Shown: in pieces, positions 29,378-40,800 of the stretch | How the letters are laid out: each line of letters starts with the position of its first letter | How positions within the stretch are numbered: position 1 is the first letter of the stretch | Assembly (NCBI GenBank): GCA_963664195.1 | Contig: OY760907.1 | Coordinates: 1,728,001-1,792,000 of the forward strand | Source of the DNA: an uncultured candidate division Zixibacteria bacterium | GTDB lineage: Bacteria; Zixibacteria; MSB-5A5; GN15; FEB-12 | Length of the DNA: 64,000 nucleotides | Reading direction: 5' to 3' | Made by a program: the position numbers and the translations under genes | Notes under the pieces: generated by a model | What the model was told of the DNA's origin: nothing | The model's database searches: none | What the model saw: the letters and a program-made list of their open reading frames with translations, nothing else

Positions 29378-30937
29378 TTATTGTCCGTTCTGAAGTCTCT
29401 CAAGACTTGTCTGCGCATTATTCAGCAGCGTCTCGCGAAGACCGGCGTTGATCTGCGTATCATTCGGCAGCACTTCGAGCACTTTCTGGTAGCATTCGAT
29501 TGCTTTCGCCTGATCGTTCACTCCCAGGCACCCGTCAGCGTAGCTGTCCCACACGTTGGCCGAGTTTGGATATGTCTCTGCGTTCATTCGAAAAATCGCG
29601 ACCGCTTCCTCGCCTCGACCCGCCCCCAGAAGCTGATATCCGGTCATGTTCAACGCAGCCTCCGCAATGACAATACATCCGGGATCCGCCTTTTGAAACC
29701 TGTCGTATATCGCCACCGCTTCGATTGCCCCGCGAGCGCGGATGATATCAAAGAACTGATCCTGTGTCGGCGGCTGTTCCTGTCCCGGTTTGTTTGTGAC
29801 TGTCGTTCCGGGAAGACTTGACCTTACAAACGCCAGACTCGTCTCATTCTTGTTCAGGCGGGCGTTGAAGAAGTTATAAACATACTTGCAGCAATTACAA
29901 TAGTCCTCAGTCGCCGCTCCGGTACCGCCTGTTGTTGTACTCTGAACCGCCGCGTAACAATCAAACGCGTTTGGCGCCAGTCCGGCGACACTTACATAGT
30001 CACGCTCCGTGTATTTCCACGAGTCCACCAGGCTCAAATCACACATCCCTTCGACACCGCTGTGTAGGTACATCGAGGGCACGTTCATCCTTTCCACATT
30101 CACAAACGGGCAAACTCTTGCGAATTCAACATGATCGGAAGCAACTTCCCAACCCGACAAACTCGCCACCGCGTCGACATCGAAATTCCGCATCTGAATC
30201 ACTTCGGAGACAAGCCCGCCGATTCCCGCCCCGAGCAACCCCAGTCTTCCAGAGTCGACATAATCCAATTCCCTGACGCGGGCAACTGCGAACTCACGGT
30301 CACGAGCCAGCGTCTCGAGATCAATCTGGGTTTCTCCCGGATTCATACCGGCTGTTCCAACCGAATGTGTTGCCGCCACTACAAACCCATGGCTCGCCAA
30401 ATACTCGCACATCAGCAAATTGTCACAATATCCGGTGGTGATCTGCGAACCGTACACGATCAACGGGAAATTCCCTTCGGCGTGTGCTGCATCTCTGACT
30501 GCCGCCATTTCGATATTCATCACATCGAGCACCGCCCCACGATCCCCACCCAAAACTATTCCCAGGACCTGCAACTCTCGCTGCTGAAGCGTCGTGACGA
30601 ACGGAAAGAAGTCGACATCCACCGGATTCGGGAACACGTATTCGCCGTACACCATCGATATCGCGTCGTCAGTCACTTCGGCCGGGTACCAGATGCAAAT
30701 CTGTATTGGACGGGCACGTTCACCCGGAATTGGATTTCCGAAATAGTCGTTTTTCGGACGTGAGGTCCGCGAGTAGTCATACTCTTCAATTGTCTCAAAA
30801 CCGACCGCGTACGGTCCGGCATCCAGCCCTTCCCACATTGGGGCAGTACTGGCACAGACCGTTGCGGCAGGCGCGGCCAGACACAAAAACAGCGCGACGC
30901 CTACCGGGCACAGGATTGCTTTCCAGTTAGTTGGCAT
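29378..30937 (-). CDS. Secreted alpha/beta-hydrolase-fold protein with C-terminal TPR; catalytic residues degenerate
   Basis: GPYAVGF, RPIQICIWYPA, LASHGFVVA; TPR YPNSANVWDSYAD; nucleophile elbow reads GAGIG. Confidence 0.75.
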   Translation of the reverse strand: MPTNWKAILCPVGVALFLCLAAPAATVCASTAPMWEGLDAGPYAVGFETIEEYDYSRTSRPKNDYFGNPIPGERARPIQICIWYPAEVTDDAISMVYGEYVFPNPVDVDFFPFVTTLQQRELQVLGIVLGGDRGAVLDVMNIEMAAVRDAAHAEGNFPLIVYGSQITTGYCDNLLMCEYLASHGFVVAATHSVGTAGMNPGETQIDLETLARDREFAVARVRELDYVDSGRLGLLGAGIGGLVSEVIQMRNFDVDAVASLSGWEVASDHVEFARVCPFVNVERMNVPSMYLHSGVEGMCDLSLVDSWKYTERDYVSVAGLAPNAFDCYAAVQSTTTGGTGAATEDYCNCCKYVYNFFNARLNKNETSLAFVRSSLPGTTVTNKPGQEQPPTQDQFFDIIRARGAIEAVAIYDRFQKADPGCIVIAEAALNMTGYQLLGAGRGEEAVAIFRMNAETYPNSANVWDSYADGCLGVNDQAKAIECYQKVLEVLPNDTQINAGLRETLLNNAQTSLERLQNGQ

Positions 30938-31097
30938 GATATGTTTCCACCGATTACGAGTGTTATGGGACCTTCCCATCCAATATATATACTGGCATTC
31001 CATTGCGGAAGCCACAAATTCTATGCTTTCTCTCTTGTATTCATGAGGCGCGGATAGACCGGTGTGTGGCCTGCCGAACCTGTCAGGCGTCCTTATG

Positions 31098-31125
31098 TAG
31101 ACGAATCAGCGGTGAAAATGTTTGA
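31098..31125 (-). promoter_or_regulatory. Candidate ECF-sigma promoter for the 29378-30937 gene
   Basis: Minus strand TCAAAC-N16-CGTCTA. Confidence 0.4.
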
Positions 31126-31339
31126 ACGGGATGCCGTTTGCAGGACCAGCCCCTACACGAAGCATGTGTCTTCTTCAAAGCAGAGTGAAAGGTTATCTGG
31201 ACAGCACAGACAGTCAAGTCGGGCGAGCCAGCAATGAAGTCAGGCAGCCCAGGCAATCAAGTCTGGCTGAGCCTGTCGAAGCCTGCACCACTTGATTGCT
31301 AGCAGAGTATCCGCGACCCTGCGTCACCGCCACGAGCAA

Positions 31340-34300
31340 CTATTTCAACAGCACCATCTTCCGCGTCTCGACATGATCGTCAGACTCCAATCGATAGAAA
31401 TAAATGCCACCCGACACCAACTGCCCCCGCGTGTCCGTGCCATCCCAGGTCGACTGATACCGGCCCGGTCCGGTTTCGCGTGCCACCAGAACCTTGATTT
31501 CCTGGCCGAGGATATTGTACACGATCAGCGTCACGTACGATTGAACTGGCACCGTGTACTCAATCATAGTCTCCGGATTAAACGGATTAGGGTAGTTCTG
31601 ACTGAGCGTGAAATCGGTAGGCAGCTCGGGACCTGATGCTTCCTCTATGCCGATAGGCGCCAGCACGGAGATCACCACGGTATCGGAGGCCATGCCCAGA
31701 TTGAAATCCTGCACCGTGAATGTGAGATTAGTGTTGCCTGCGAAAGAAGGCAGAGCGCTCAAGGTCAGACTGCCGATCGACCCGTCGTAGTACGCCGTCA
31801 CGGAGTCGTTGCCGATTCCAAAAGAGTAACTCAGCGCCGAATCCGGCGTCTCAATGTCGGTGACAAAATCCCACACTGAGACTACATCACTTGTTCCGGC
31901 AGAGATCACCAGCGTGTCCGGAAATCCCTCTATCTCCGGCGGCTGGTTCGGCGTGGCACGAGTTACCAGCCAGAGACCGTCCTCGGCTATTCTAACGTCG
32001 AAATGGAAACCGCCGCCCTCGCTCTCGACATTCAGCTTGTCGAAATGCCCCTCCGAGGAACCGAACGTCAGCACATGGAACGAATCCCCGACCTTTGGCT
32101 CGAATCCATCGACCAGCGACACGTTCAACGCGCCGCCCAGAGCGAGATCCGAAGTGACCTGGATCCTGTCGTACTCTTCAGGTCCCCCCAGTTGAATTTC
32201 CAGTACCGAGGCTGGGGCAGCCGTCAAGTCTCCCTCGATCTCAAGACCCCCGATATCTTCGCCGGGGAAGAGGCTGCCCGAATTAGTGAACCCGGCCTCA
32301 ATCAACCTGATCTTCCCCTGTCCGCCAACGACTCCCCCGCGATCGTTCTCAAACAGCCCCGTCGCCATCGACAAAACAGCCTCAGAATCAACCCGGATAT
32401 GTCCGCTGGTAATGAACGTCCCCCCGGAGGCGGCAACTTCAAGCCGTCGATGCTGTGCAATCGTAATCGTGCCGCTGTTCTTGTGATTAGCATCCTCGGC
32501 ATTGATCAGCAAGTCGCGAGCATCAACAGTCAGATTGCCGCGATTGTCAAGTGCCGCCCTCAACGTGTGAGCGCCGTCAGCCTCCGATCCACCACTCGTA
32601 ATCGAACCCAGATTCAATATCTTGCCCGACTCGACAACACAGGTTGCCGTGCCTGCCGAGTTGCCCGCACGCACGCCGACCAGTTCCAGTCGCCCGGCGT
32701 TCGTGAACCCGGAGGCACATGTCAGCACGGCGTCATCGGTCTCGCCACCGCCGACAATCTCCAGTGTTCCGTGCGTGCGGTTCTCAAAGTCGCCGTTGAT
32801 GGCACACTTCCTGCGCACGTCTATCAGTCCAATATTGTTGCGAAGGTCGGCGTTGATTTCGCTCGATACCAGGCTCAGGTGCCCCTCGTTGATTATCGCT
32901 CCCGGCCCGTTGAGGACGGCGTTATCCAGAATGAACATCGTCTTATTGGTGTGATCTGCAAACAGGGTAGCGGTCACGCCATGTTCAAACAACACCGTCC
33001 CACGGCTTGTTACTTTTCCTTCAAACACCGTGAAACTGCCCCCCGCCACAGAGAGCGTGGCCTGATCGTCTATCTCGATTGTCCCCGAAGTCGAGAAACT
33101 CGAAGGCACTTCTGCGCGGTTGTCTATGCGGAGTTCCCGGTTGCCGGCGACAGAAATTGTCCCCGCATTGCTGTGGCTTGACCCTTCGCCCTCAATAGTC
33201 AGCCCGCGCAGGCTTACCACCAGATTACCGTTATTCACCAACTCGCCGGCCAGGCGATGATGCGCCGTGCCCCCATTGCCGCTGCTGTTAATCGCGCCAT
33301 TGTTGACCAGTGATCCGGATGCAACGACGCACGAGGCCGTTCCGGCCAGACCGTCGGAGTCATCTCCCCACAACTGAATAGTCCCGTCGTTTGTGACACT
33401 CTGGGAGAAACGGACCGAGGCGTCACCGTACAGCCAGCTGCCGACAATTGTCAGACTCGCGTCGTTGCGATTTTCAAACTGACCGTTGATCCTGTTGGTT
33501 GATCGTGCCTCAATGCTGTTTCTGCGATTTATGATATCCGCATTTACGGTCACGTCTTCAAACTCTATCCGCCCCTCGTTGATCAAAACTCCCGGGCCGT
33601 CTATCTCCGATCTGTACCACCTGACCGTTGAACCGACAGCAATCTGAAAATCAGCAGCCAGGGTTACCCGTGTGTTATCGCTGAACTCAATCCTGCCAAG
33701 ATTTGCGACCCGGCCCCCGTTGTACTCAAACCCGCCGCCGACCACTGACAGCACTGCGCCGGAATCTATGTCGATCTTTCCATTCGTGCTGAAGCTGGAG
33801 ACAGAAGAAGGCATCTCCACCAGCAGGCTCTGACCCGGCGCGACCCGAATCGACCCGCTGTTGACATGATTGGCTCGCACTCCTGCCAATTCCAGGTTGC
33901 TGCCCGTTACTTGCAGACGACCCCGATTAATCAACTCCGCCTCGAGACGGTGAGTTAATCGGGGGCTGGTTCCTTCGACACGCAACGTTCCCTCGTTAAC
34001 GAGCGATCCCGAAGTCACCACAATGCTTGCGGTGCCGGAAGTGTCCCCGGAGTGATCCCCCTTGAGAAGCACTACGCCGCTGTTTGTGAAACCGGAGGAA
34101 ATCGTCAGCGACGCGTTTCCCGCCGTGTAGTCTCCACTGACTTCTACTATACCTTCGGAGGTGTTCGTAAACGACCCCGTGACAGCGCACCGACGGCGCA
34201 CGCGCATCCGGTTACCGTCGTTTACGAGTCCCGTCTCGATGCGACTGTTGTCAATGTCCAGCCATCCGCCGTTTACCAGACGCCCTTTGCCGCCGAGCGT

Positions 34301-34645
34301 GCTGCCTCCTCGAAGCACCATAGTACCCGGACTGTCGATACTGCCGGCCTCTAAGATATCCAGTCGGTGACCATCGATCGAGAGCGTTTGTTTTCCTGAT
34401 TTACCCCCCAGCGTCAGGTTAGCTACGACAGTATTGATGTCGAGACTGACCGTGTAGAGGCCACTGAGGGTGATAGAAACATTATCGCTATCACCCGGCA
34501 CCTGAGCGGGTCTCCAGTTGTCCGGATTGCTCCACACGCCTCCGCTTTGGTTGATCCAGGATATGTCGGCGCCGTAGCCGCTTACAGCCAGGGCCGTGAA
34601 GAAGAGGAGGAGTGTAAATACTATTCCGTTAGCACGTTTCGCCAC
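31340..34645 (-). CDS. Secreted surface protein, paralog of 13174-19236 with a single cadherin-like repeat
   Basis: GTG start after ggagg; same N-terminus (ADISW..G.WS...W...VPG..D), N-x-G repeats, LGGALNVSLVDGFEPKVGDSF, one NQPP unit, QNYPNPFNP C-terminus. Confidence 0.85.
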   Translation of the reverse strand: MAKRANGIVFTLLLFFTALAVSGYGADISWINQSGGVWSNPDNWRPAQVPGDSDNVSITLSGLYTVSLDINTVVANLTLGGKSGKQTLSIDGHRLDILEAGSIDSPGTMVLRGGSTLGGKGRLVNGGWLDIDNSRIETGLVNDGNRMRVRRRCAVTGSFTNTSEGIVEVSGDYTAGNASLTISSGFTNSGVVLLKGDHSGDTSGTASIVVTSGSLVNEGTLRVEGTSPRLTHRLEAELINRGRLQVTGSNLELAGVRANHVNSGSIRVAPGQSLLVEMPSSVSSFSTNGKIDIDSGAVLSVVGGGFEYNGGRVANLGRIEFSDNTRVTLAADFQIAVGSTVRWYRSEIDGPGVLINEGRIEFEDVTVNADIINRRNSIEARSTNRINGQFENRNDASLTIVGSWLYGDASVRFSQSVTNDGTIQLWGDDSDGLAGTASCVVASGSLVNNGAINSSGNGGTAHHRLAGELVNNGNLVVSLRGLTIEGEGSSHSNAGTISVAGNRELRIDNRAEVPSSFSTSGTIEIDDQATLSVAGGSFTVFEGKVTSRGTVLFEHGVTATLFADHTNKTMFILDNAVLNGPGAIINEGHLSLVSSEINADLRNNIGLIDVRRKCAINGDFENRTHGTLEIVGGGETDDAVLTCASGFTNAGRLELVGVRAGNSAGTATCVVESGKILNLGSITSGGSEADGAHTLRAALDNRGNLTVDARDLLINAEDANHKNSGTITIAQHRRLEVAASGGTFITSGHIRVDSEAVLSMATGLFENDRGGVVGGQGKIRLIEAGFTNSGSLFPGEDIGGLEIEGDLTAAPASVLEIQLGGPEEYDRIQVTSDLALGGALNVSLVDGFEPKVGDSFHVLTFGSSEGHFDKLNVESEGGGFHFDVRIAEDGLWLVTRATPNQPPEIEGFPDTLVISAGTSDVVSVWDFVTDIETPDSALSYSFGIGNDSVTAYYDGSIGSLTLSALPSFAGNTNLTFTVQDFNLGMASDTVVISVLAPIGIEEASGPELPTDFTLSQNYPNPFNPETMIEYTVPVQSYVTLIVYNILGQEIKVLVARETGPGRYQSTWDGTDTRGQLVSGGIYFYRLESDDHVETRKMVLLK

Positions 34646-34870
34646 AGAGCATCCTCCGTTGCCGGATGTTTGCCTCCAGAATGTTCTACGTTGACGGATA
34701 CGCAGGCTGTTTGCCTTCTGGATATCCGCCGCGCCAGCGGTCGTCCGAAATTTCTGTTTCGAGCCGTTCACAGACTTACATACAGTCTCGAAACCCGCTC
34801 GCAACGTATTACCTTAAAGGAGGGGATACAAGATTGAACATCTCAGACTTCAAGCACACGGAGGCATCGT

Positions 34871-35311
34871 ATGGGGCTGGCCATCAAATGCGTTGAGTAT
34901 TACTACACGACTGTGGACGACAAGCACGGCAAGGCATACTGGCTGCTGGAACACCTTCGCCAGCAAAGAGTCAACCTGACCGCGTTTACCGTTTTTCCGC
35001 TCGGCGGGAATCGCTCACAGATGGATTTCGTCGCCGATAACACCGAAAACCTGCAATCCGCCGCCAGCGCTGCGGGCGTACAGCTCACCGGTCCGAAACG
35101 CGCGTTTCTCGTCCAGGGGAAGGACAATGTCGGGGCAATAGTCGAACTGCACCAGAGACTCTCACAATCCGGTATCGGCGTGCACGCGGCCAGCGGGGTC
35201 AACGACGGCGAAGGCCGATTCGGCTACGTCTTCTGGGTGAAACCCGGAACATTCGACAAAGCCGCCGCCGCACTCGGCGTTTCCGGTAAGGTTCATGAAC
35301 CCGTCCCGTAG
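34871..35311 (+). CDS. Tandem ACT-like domain protein
   Basis: RBS ggagg; VDDKHG..L..L....VNL and GKDNVGAI..L...L...GI.V ACT-like halves. Confidence 0.65.
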   Translation: MGLAIKCVEYYYTTVDDKHGKAYWLLEHLRQQRVNLTAFTVFPLGGNRSQMDFVADNTENLQSAASAAGVQLTGPKRAFLVQGKDNVGAIVELHQRLSQSGIGVHAASGVNDGEGRFGYVFWVKPGTFDKAAAALGVSGKVHEPVP

Positions 35312-35599
35312 ACTGCGGCGTGCCAACTACGCGTGAACCGGGAGCCCTGGCGGATTGTTCTACTGAATACACAGATTGCCGGTAGAGTAAGCTCTACGGC
35401 AGGAGAGATGTCCCCGGGGGCAGAGTCCTTGGCCATTAATACCAGCTTGTGGCAGAGCTCGAAACTGAGCGCTTCCAATGTGATCTTTGCCCCCGCGGCC
35501 TTCTGAGATGTTCTTCCCTACCCGCACTACCCTCACCTCTCGCAATATGCTATATTGGCCAGATTCAATCGTACTCGCACAATGAGGACAAAACGGCCA

Positions 35600-37699
35600 A
35601 TGCCGGGACCAGCACGACAATCCGATACTCGCTCCAGAATGCGAATTGCCCCAGCCCTTGCTGTTTTCGCTTTCCTGTCGTTCCTCTTCGTGATATCCGC
35701 ACAGGCTGTCCCGCCCACACCCGATGCCATCGAGCAATGGACCGCCGAAGGAATGCTCGATCAGAAACTCGCCGAGTGGCAGCAGACCGACAATCCTCCG
35801 GAGATACCTGCCGGCATCCGCCTTAATTTCCGCTCGCGCCTTTCGCTTAGTCCCGCCGCCGATCCGGTCGACACCGTCCGCGTTCTCACCATCCTGGTCG
35901 ATTTCACCGACTGGCCCGCATCCGGACAGGATGTGTTCGCACAGCCCTCAGATTTTGAGACCCTCCTTTTCTCTCGCCGGGGAATCGATTCTGCACACAA
36001 TCCGACCGGCTCCATGACCGAGTTCTTCCTCGAAAACTCCTGTGGACGTATGCTCATTCTCGGCGATGTCTTCGGTTGGTACCGAATGCCGCACACCTAC
36101 GACTGGTACATCAACGACAACGATGGCTACCCCGGCCAAACGTTTGTACTCGCCGAGGACGCCGTCGATGCTGCCGAGGCGGCCGGAATCGACTTCGGCC
36201 AATATGCAAACGGCGATGCCTATGTTGACGGTGTAATCGTAGTCCACTCAGGCCCCGGCGCCGAAACCGGCCAGTACGGCCTCTGGTCGAATACGAGCAC
36301 GATGCGTCAGCGGCACTACGATGGCGTCCATATCTGGCACTACACGATGAACCCCGAGGAATTCGAGGGACACATATCGACAATAGGTGTTTTCGCCCAC
36401 GAATGGGGACATATTCTTGGTGCGCCCGACATGTACAATCTCGATTTTGACACCCCCGGCAATGAACTCGGAGCCTGGACCCTCATGTCTTCCGGCACCT
36501 GGCAGGGAATCCCGCAGGGATCGCGACCGACTCATCTCGATGCCTGGTCCAAGAATCAGACGGGATTGGCGGACATTGTCTGGATCGACGAAAACTCTCC
36601 CAACACAGAAATCCCACAGGCGGAACACAACCCGATCATTTACGGCCTGAAAGACACACCGTCCGATCCTTACTCCGAGTACTGGCTGATTGAGAACCGC
36701 CAGCAGGTCGGGTTCGACCAAAGCCTGCCAGGCGGCGGTCTCCTCATCTACCATGTCGTTCCCGCCGGTCGGACACAAGAAGGATACGACTACTGGATCG
36801 CACTTGAGCAAGCAGACGGCCTCGATCAGCTTTCATACTCAAAACAAACCAACCCCGGCGATCCCTGGCCGGGCGATACCGACAATCGCAACTTCACCGA
36901 GTTTACCGTGCCGGACGCCTTGACTTACCACGGTGCCCCGACCGGGGTTGCCGTAAAAAACATCTCGGATTCCGACTCTCTCATGACTGCAGATCTGGAA
37001 ATCGAGTATTCCGTGCCGCGTATCCGATTCGCTGACACCAGCGCCCCGGTCAGATTCGTCGATCCCATGCCCGACGGAAACGGCAATGGTCTCCCTGAAG
37101 CGGGGGAGAGAGTAGAGGCGTACTTTCAATTCGCCAATCCCTGGCGCACGGTCTATTCGCCGGAGATTTCGCTCTCTGCTGATCTGGCTGAACTGGAGTG
37201 GGGCGAGTCAAGCGTGCAACTGCAAAGCGCCAGTCTTGGGCCTTCCGGCCAATCCGGTAATGTCGAGCCGATTGTGTTCACGATACCGCCCGATCTCGAC
37301 TCGACTCCCGTGGAGTTCACTGCATCACTGATTGCCGACTCACTTCCCCAATCAGATGACAATGCGTTTCATGCCGAACTGACATTCCAGTTGATGATTG
37401 GCCCCCAGGCACTTCCACAAACCTACCGGCTTCACCAGAACTACCCCAACCCGTTCAATCCTTCGACAACGATCGCCTTCACAATTGAAGGACTGTGGCG
37501 AGTCGATGCTCCAGTCCCCACTGTTTTGACCGTCTTCAACGCGGTCGGTCAGCAAGTTGCCGTGTTGGTGAACGAACCGCGCAGCCCGGGACTCCACGAA
37601 GTAAAATGGAACGCCGGTGATCTGGCCAGCGGCGTCTATTTCTACCGCCTCGAAGCAGGCAGCTTCACGCAAACGCGAAAGATGATCCTCGTCAAGTAG
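35600..37699 (+). CDS. M6 family (immune inhibitor A-like) metalloprotease with C-terminal secretion domain
   Basis: ILVDFTD, GSMTEFFLENS, GVFAHEWGHILGAPDMY, WTLMSSG, EYWLIENRQ, QNYPNPFNP; start could be 35639. Confidence 0.9.
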   Translation: MPGPARQSDTRSRMRIAPALAVFAFLSFLFVISAQAVPPTPDAIEQWTAEGMLDQKLAEWQQTDNPPEIPAGIRLNFRSRLSLSPAADPVDTVRVLTILVDFTDWPASGQDVFAQPSDFETLLFSRRGIDSAHNPTGSMTEFFLENSCGRMLILGDVFGWYRMPHTYDWYINDNDGYPGQTFVLAEDAVDAAEAAGIDFGQYANGDAYVDGVIVVHSGPGAETGQYGLWSNTSTMRQRHYDGVHIWHYTMNPEEFEGHISTIGVFAHEWGHILGAPDMYNLDFDTPGNELGAWTLMSSGTWQGIPQGSRPTHLDAWSKNQTGLADIVWIDENSPNTEIPQAEHNPIIYGLKDTPSDPYSEYWLIENRQQVGFDQSLPGGGLLIYHVVPAGRTQEGYDYWIALEQADGLDQLSYSKQTNPGDPWPGDTDNRNFTEFTVPDALTYHGAPTGVAVKNISDSDSLMTADLEIEYSVPRIRFADTSAPVRFVDPMPDGNGNGLPEAGERVEAYFQFANPWRTVYSPEISLSADLAELEWGESSVQLQSASLGPSGQSGNVEPIVFTIPPDLDSTPVEFTASLIADSLPQSDDNAFHAELTFQLMIGPQALPQTYRLHQNYPNPFNPSTTIAFTIEGLWRVDAPVPTVLTVFNAVGQQVAVLVNEPRSPGLHEVKWNAGDLASGVYFYRLEAGSFTQTRKMILVK

Positions 37700-37811
37700 C
37701 CCCGACGCTACGTTCCGTGGGCGGCAGACGTGTCGTCGGCCCGTGTTGCCCACATGAATCGGCTCTCGTGGCGTGGACCCGCGCTACAAGACTGAGAAAC
37801 CCGACATCCGG

Positions 37812-40800
37812 CTACAACTCATCCGTTTGATCACGACGGTCGCGGCGGTACAGCTTGTGGTACAATTCCTGGGCATCGTATTCAGAGGACATTCCGTCAA
37901 CGATATCCAGAAACGCCTTCTCCAACTCGTCATTTCCACGACAGTAGCGAGCCAGCTTTGCCATGACTTCCTTCTTTTCGTAGTCGGAGTCCATCCGTGC
38001 CACTACCTCCAAAACATCCAGCACCAACCGGTCATCGACATCACTGCTGCTGATTAGCTCGGTCAGGACTCGCTTGGTCTCATAGTCGGAGTCCATGCCC
38101 TGCAGTGCCTTGAGATAGGCCACACGCGCCTCGGGATGCTTCCCGGCGCACTCGGACAGGTCAACCAGCAGCTCCGCCATTTCGTACGATGAGTTCCGTT
38201 GCCCGACACCATCGAGCAACTGTATGACATACTCCTGGTCGGTATCACAATCGTACGGTTGCGATGTCACCACGCGATGATACTCGTAGTCACTGTCGAG
38301 CGACCCTGCTGCATCTATGACGAGGTATTTCAATCCTTTGTCGCCGCGGGTCCGATCCGACAAGTCGATTAGCATTTCGGCTTTTTCGTAATCGGAATCC
38401 ATATCGCCGATCAACAGAATATAGTTCTGCAGGGAGGATTGGCTCATCTTCTGACGGCCGCTCATCCCTTCCATAGCCCGGCGAGTTTCGTAGTCCGAGT
38501 CCAAACCGGCGATCGCCTTCAGGTATGCCTGTTGCAACTCGTCGTTGTCGTCGACATACGGCGCCATACCGATCAGCAACTCCGCCTTTTCGTAGTCCGA
38601 ATCCATCCGACCGGCCATTTCAAGTACAGCGATCATCGTTCTGTCATCAACACCCTTGTCGAGCGACATGTGCGACAACACACGACGCGTTTCGTAATCG
38701 GAGTCAAGCGCCCCGACCGCCTCAACAAACTCCGCAAGCAGTTCCTCGTCGGCTTCAGCCCGTTCCGCAACGCCGATCAGCAGTTCAGCCATCTCGTAGT
38801 CGGAATCAAGAGCACGCCGCGCGGCTCGGAGTACCCCGATGAAATCTTCGCTGTTCAAGTCATGGTTTCTGATCAGGGTTTGAAAATACAGGTTCTTGAC
38901 CCAATCGGAGTCAATCTCACGGATCTCCGCCAGAACACCATCGACGCCATCGGCCTTGTAGAATCGTGCCACTCGAGCCTCAACTCCGATTCCAGAGTGT
39001 CGAATGATCTCCGGAAGGATCTCGGCCAGCCACTCACGGCCACCATCCTCAAAATCCACAGCCTTGCGATTAACGTAATAGCCGTAGTCTAGTCTGCCGT
39101 TATCGAGCGGTTCAACTTCGAGCTTGCGACGCTTGCCGCCAACCTTCTCACTGAGCTTCAGATAGCCGTCTTCGGACAGAGACTTGATGCTTCTGTCATC
39201 ATCGCTGAATTCCACATCACCGTCAATCGTGATGCTCGTTTTGCGCCGACCTTCATTCCAGGTTGTGGTCGTTGTGCCACCGTCGTTGGTGCTCCGGATG
39301 AAACTGCCCTCTGAGACATCGTCAATGATGTTCCCAAACCAACGGATCGGACCGCCGCCGCGTTCGTCGTCATTATCAAAAAACGCCGCCCATTGATCCA
39401 GGTCGTCGCTGCTGCTTAGCACCAGCCGATTGAGCGCAGCCGAGGGAACAGACGGTACAGATGGTACATCTGGAACAGCCGGAACCCAGGACACCGAAGG
39501 CATAGACGGAACTGCCGGCACATCGGGTACCGCGGGGACTCCCGGCGCATCCGGCAAACGCACCCACGAAGACTCTTCGGCCAGACGCGGGACAGGGGGA
39601 TCGCTTCTTTTCTGCTCTTCTTCGACCGTGACGAACGCCGACACGACAGTTTGACTCAATTGCGAGTATGTGGTCGGCGAGATCGGCACTGCCACCACCG
39701 GAGCAACCTGTATTGCCACCACAAGGGTAACGCCGATCATCACGAGCGCACAGGCCAATCGCGCTCTCGATACTCGTGGGCCGCGTCCGTACCCTTTGCC
39801 GAGCAGGCGCTCAAAACGACGGAATATCTGTTTCTTCCCGGTCAATGCTCCCGGCACCAGCGAGGTGCCAGTTCCCGTCGTCAACTGCACCAGCCGCGTG
39901 AGGCAGTTGTAATACTCTTTCGGTTTGCCGGTCTGCGCCATTGCCATTTCGTCGCAGGAGAGCTCACGTTCCAGGTCCAGTTGTCTGCCGATCCAGCGTA
40001 CAGCCGGGTGAAAAAACAGCACCGCCTCGACAATCTTCTGGCAAAGCAGCGCCCAGTCATCGTAACGACGGATATGCGCCAGCTCATGGAGTACCACCGC
40101 CTCGATTTCTGCCTCGCTCAACTCATTGATAAGTTCCTCCGGCAGAAGAATAGTCGCCTTGCCGAGTCCGGCCGCCACCGGACGATCGATCTCGGCAGAG
40201 GTTGCGATCGTCACGGGACGCTTTAATTTCTCAGATTCAAGCATCTTGCCGACACGACCAAGCTCGTAGAACGCCAGCGGCGACGCGTTGCACTTGATTC
40301 TTGCCATAGCTTGGAACGCGAGCCAGAGACGCAACACCAGCCACCCGCTCACAAAAACCCAGAGACACACCAGCGCCAGCGGCACCATACCTACCGCGAC
40401 CGCTCCGATCGAACGTATCTGGCTCCGCTCGTCCCCGCTTGTCTCCCCCTGTGACCGCCGGGGTTCCACCCCCGACGATGGCGCTGCCGCACTTATCGTC
40501 TCCGGGGCCGCACCGCTGGCGGGGCGATTGGTCACCTCGACAGGCTCAATGTGACTCAGCCTTGCTCTCTGCGCCGTGCTTCGCCTCGGGCGGTCGTCGC
40601 TTGCAGTTTGATCGTCTCTCAGAAAATCAAACGCAGAACCGCCCATCAAAAAAGGCAGCGCTACCACGACTACCATTGAAGTACACCAGACCGCATACCG
40701 GGTCGCCGCATTTGTTCCTCTGGCTATCCTTCCACTCAACCAGACAAGTCCGGTCAACAGTAGTCCCAGCCAAACGCCGTTCAGGGCCAGTCCAACGCCG

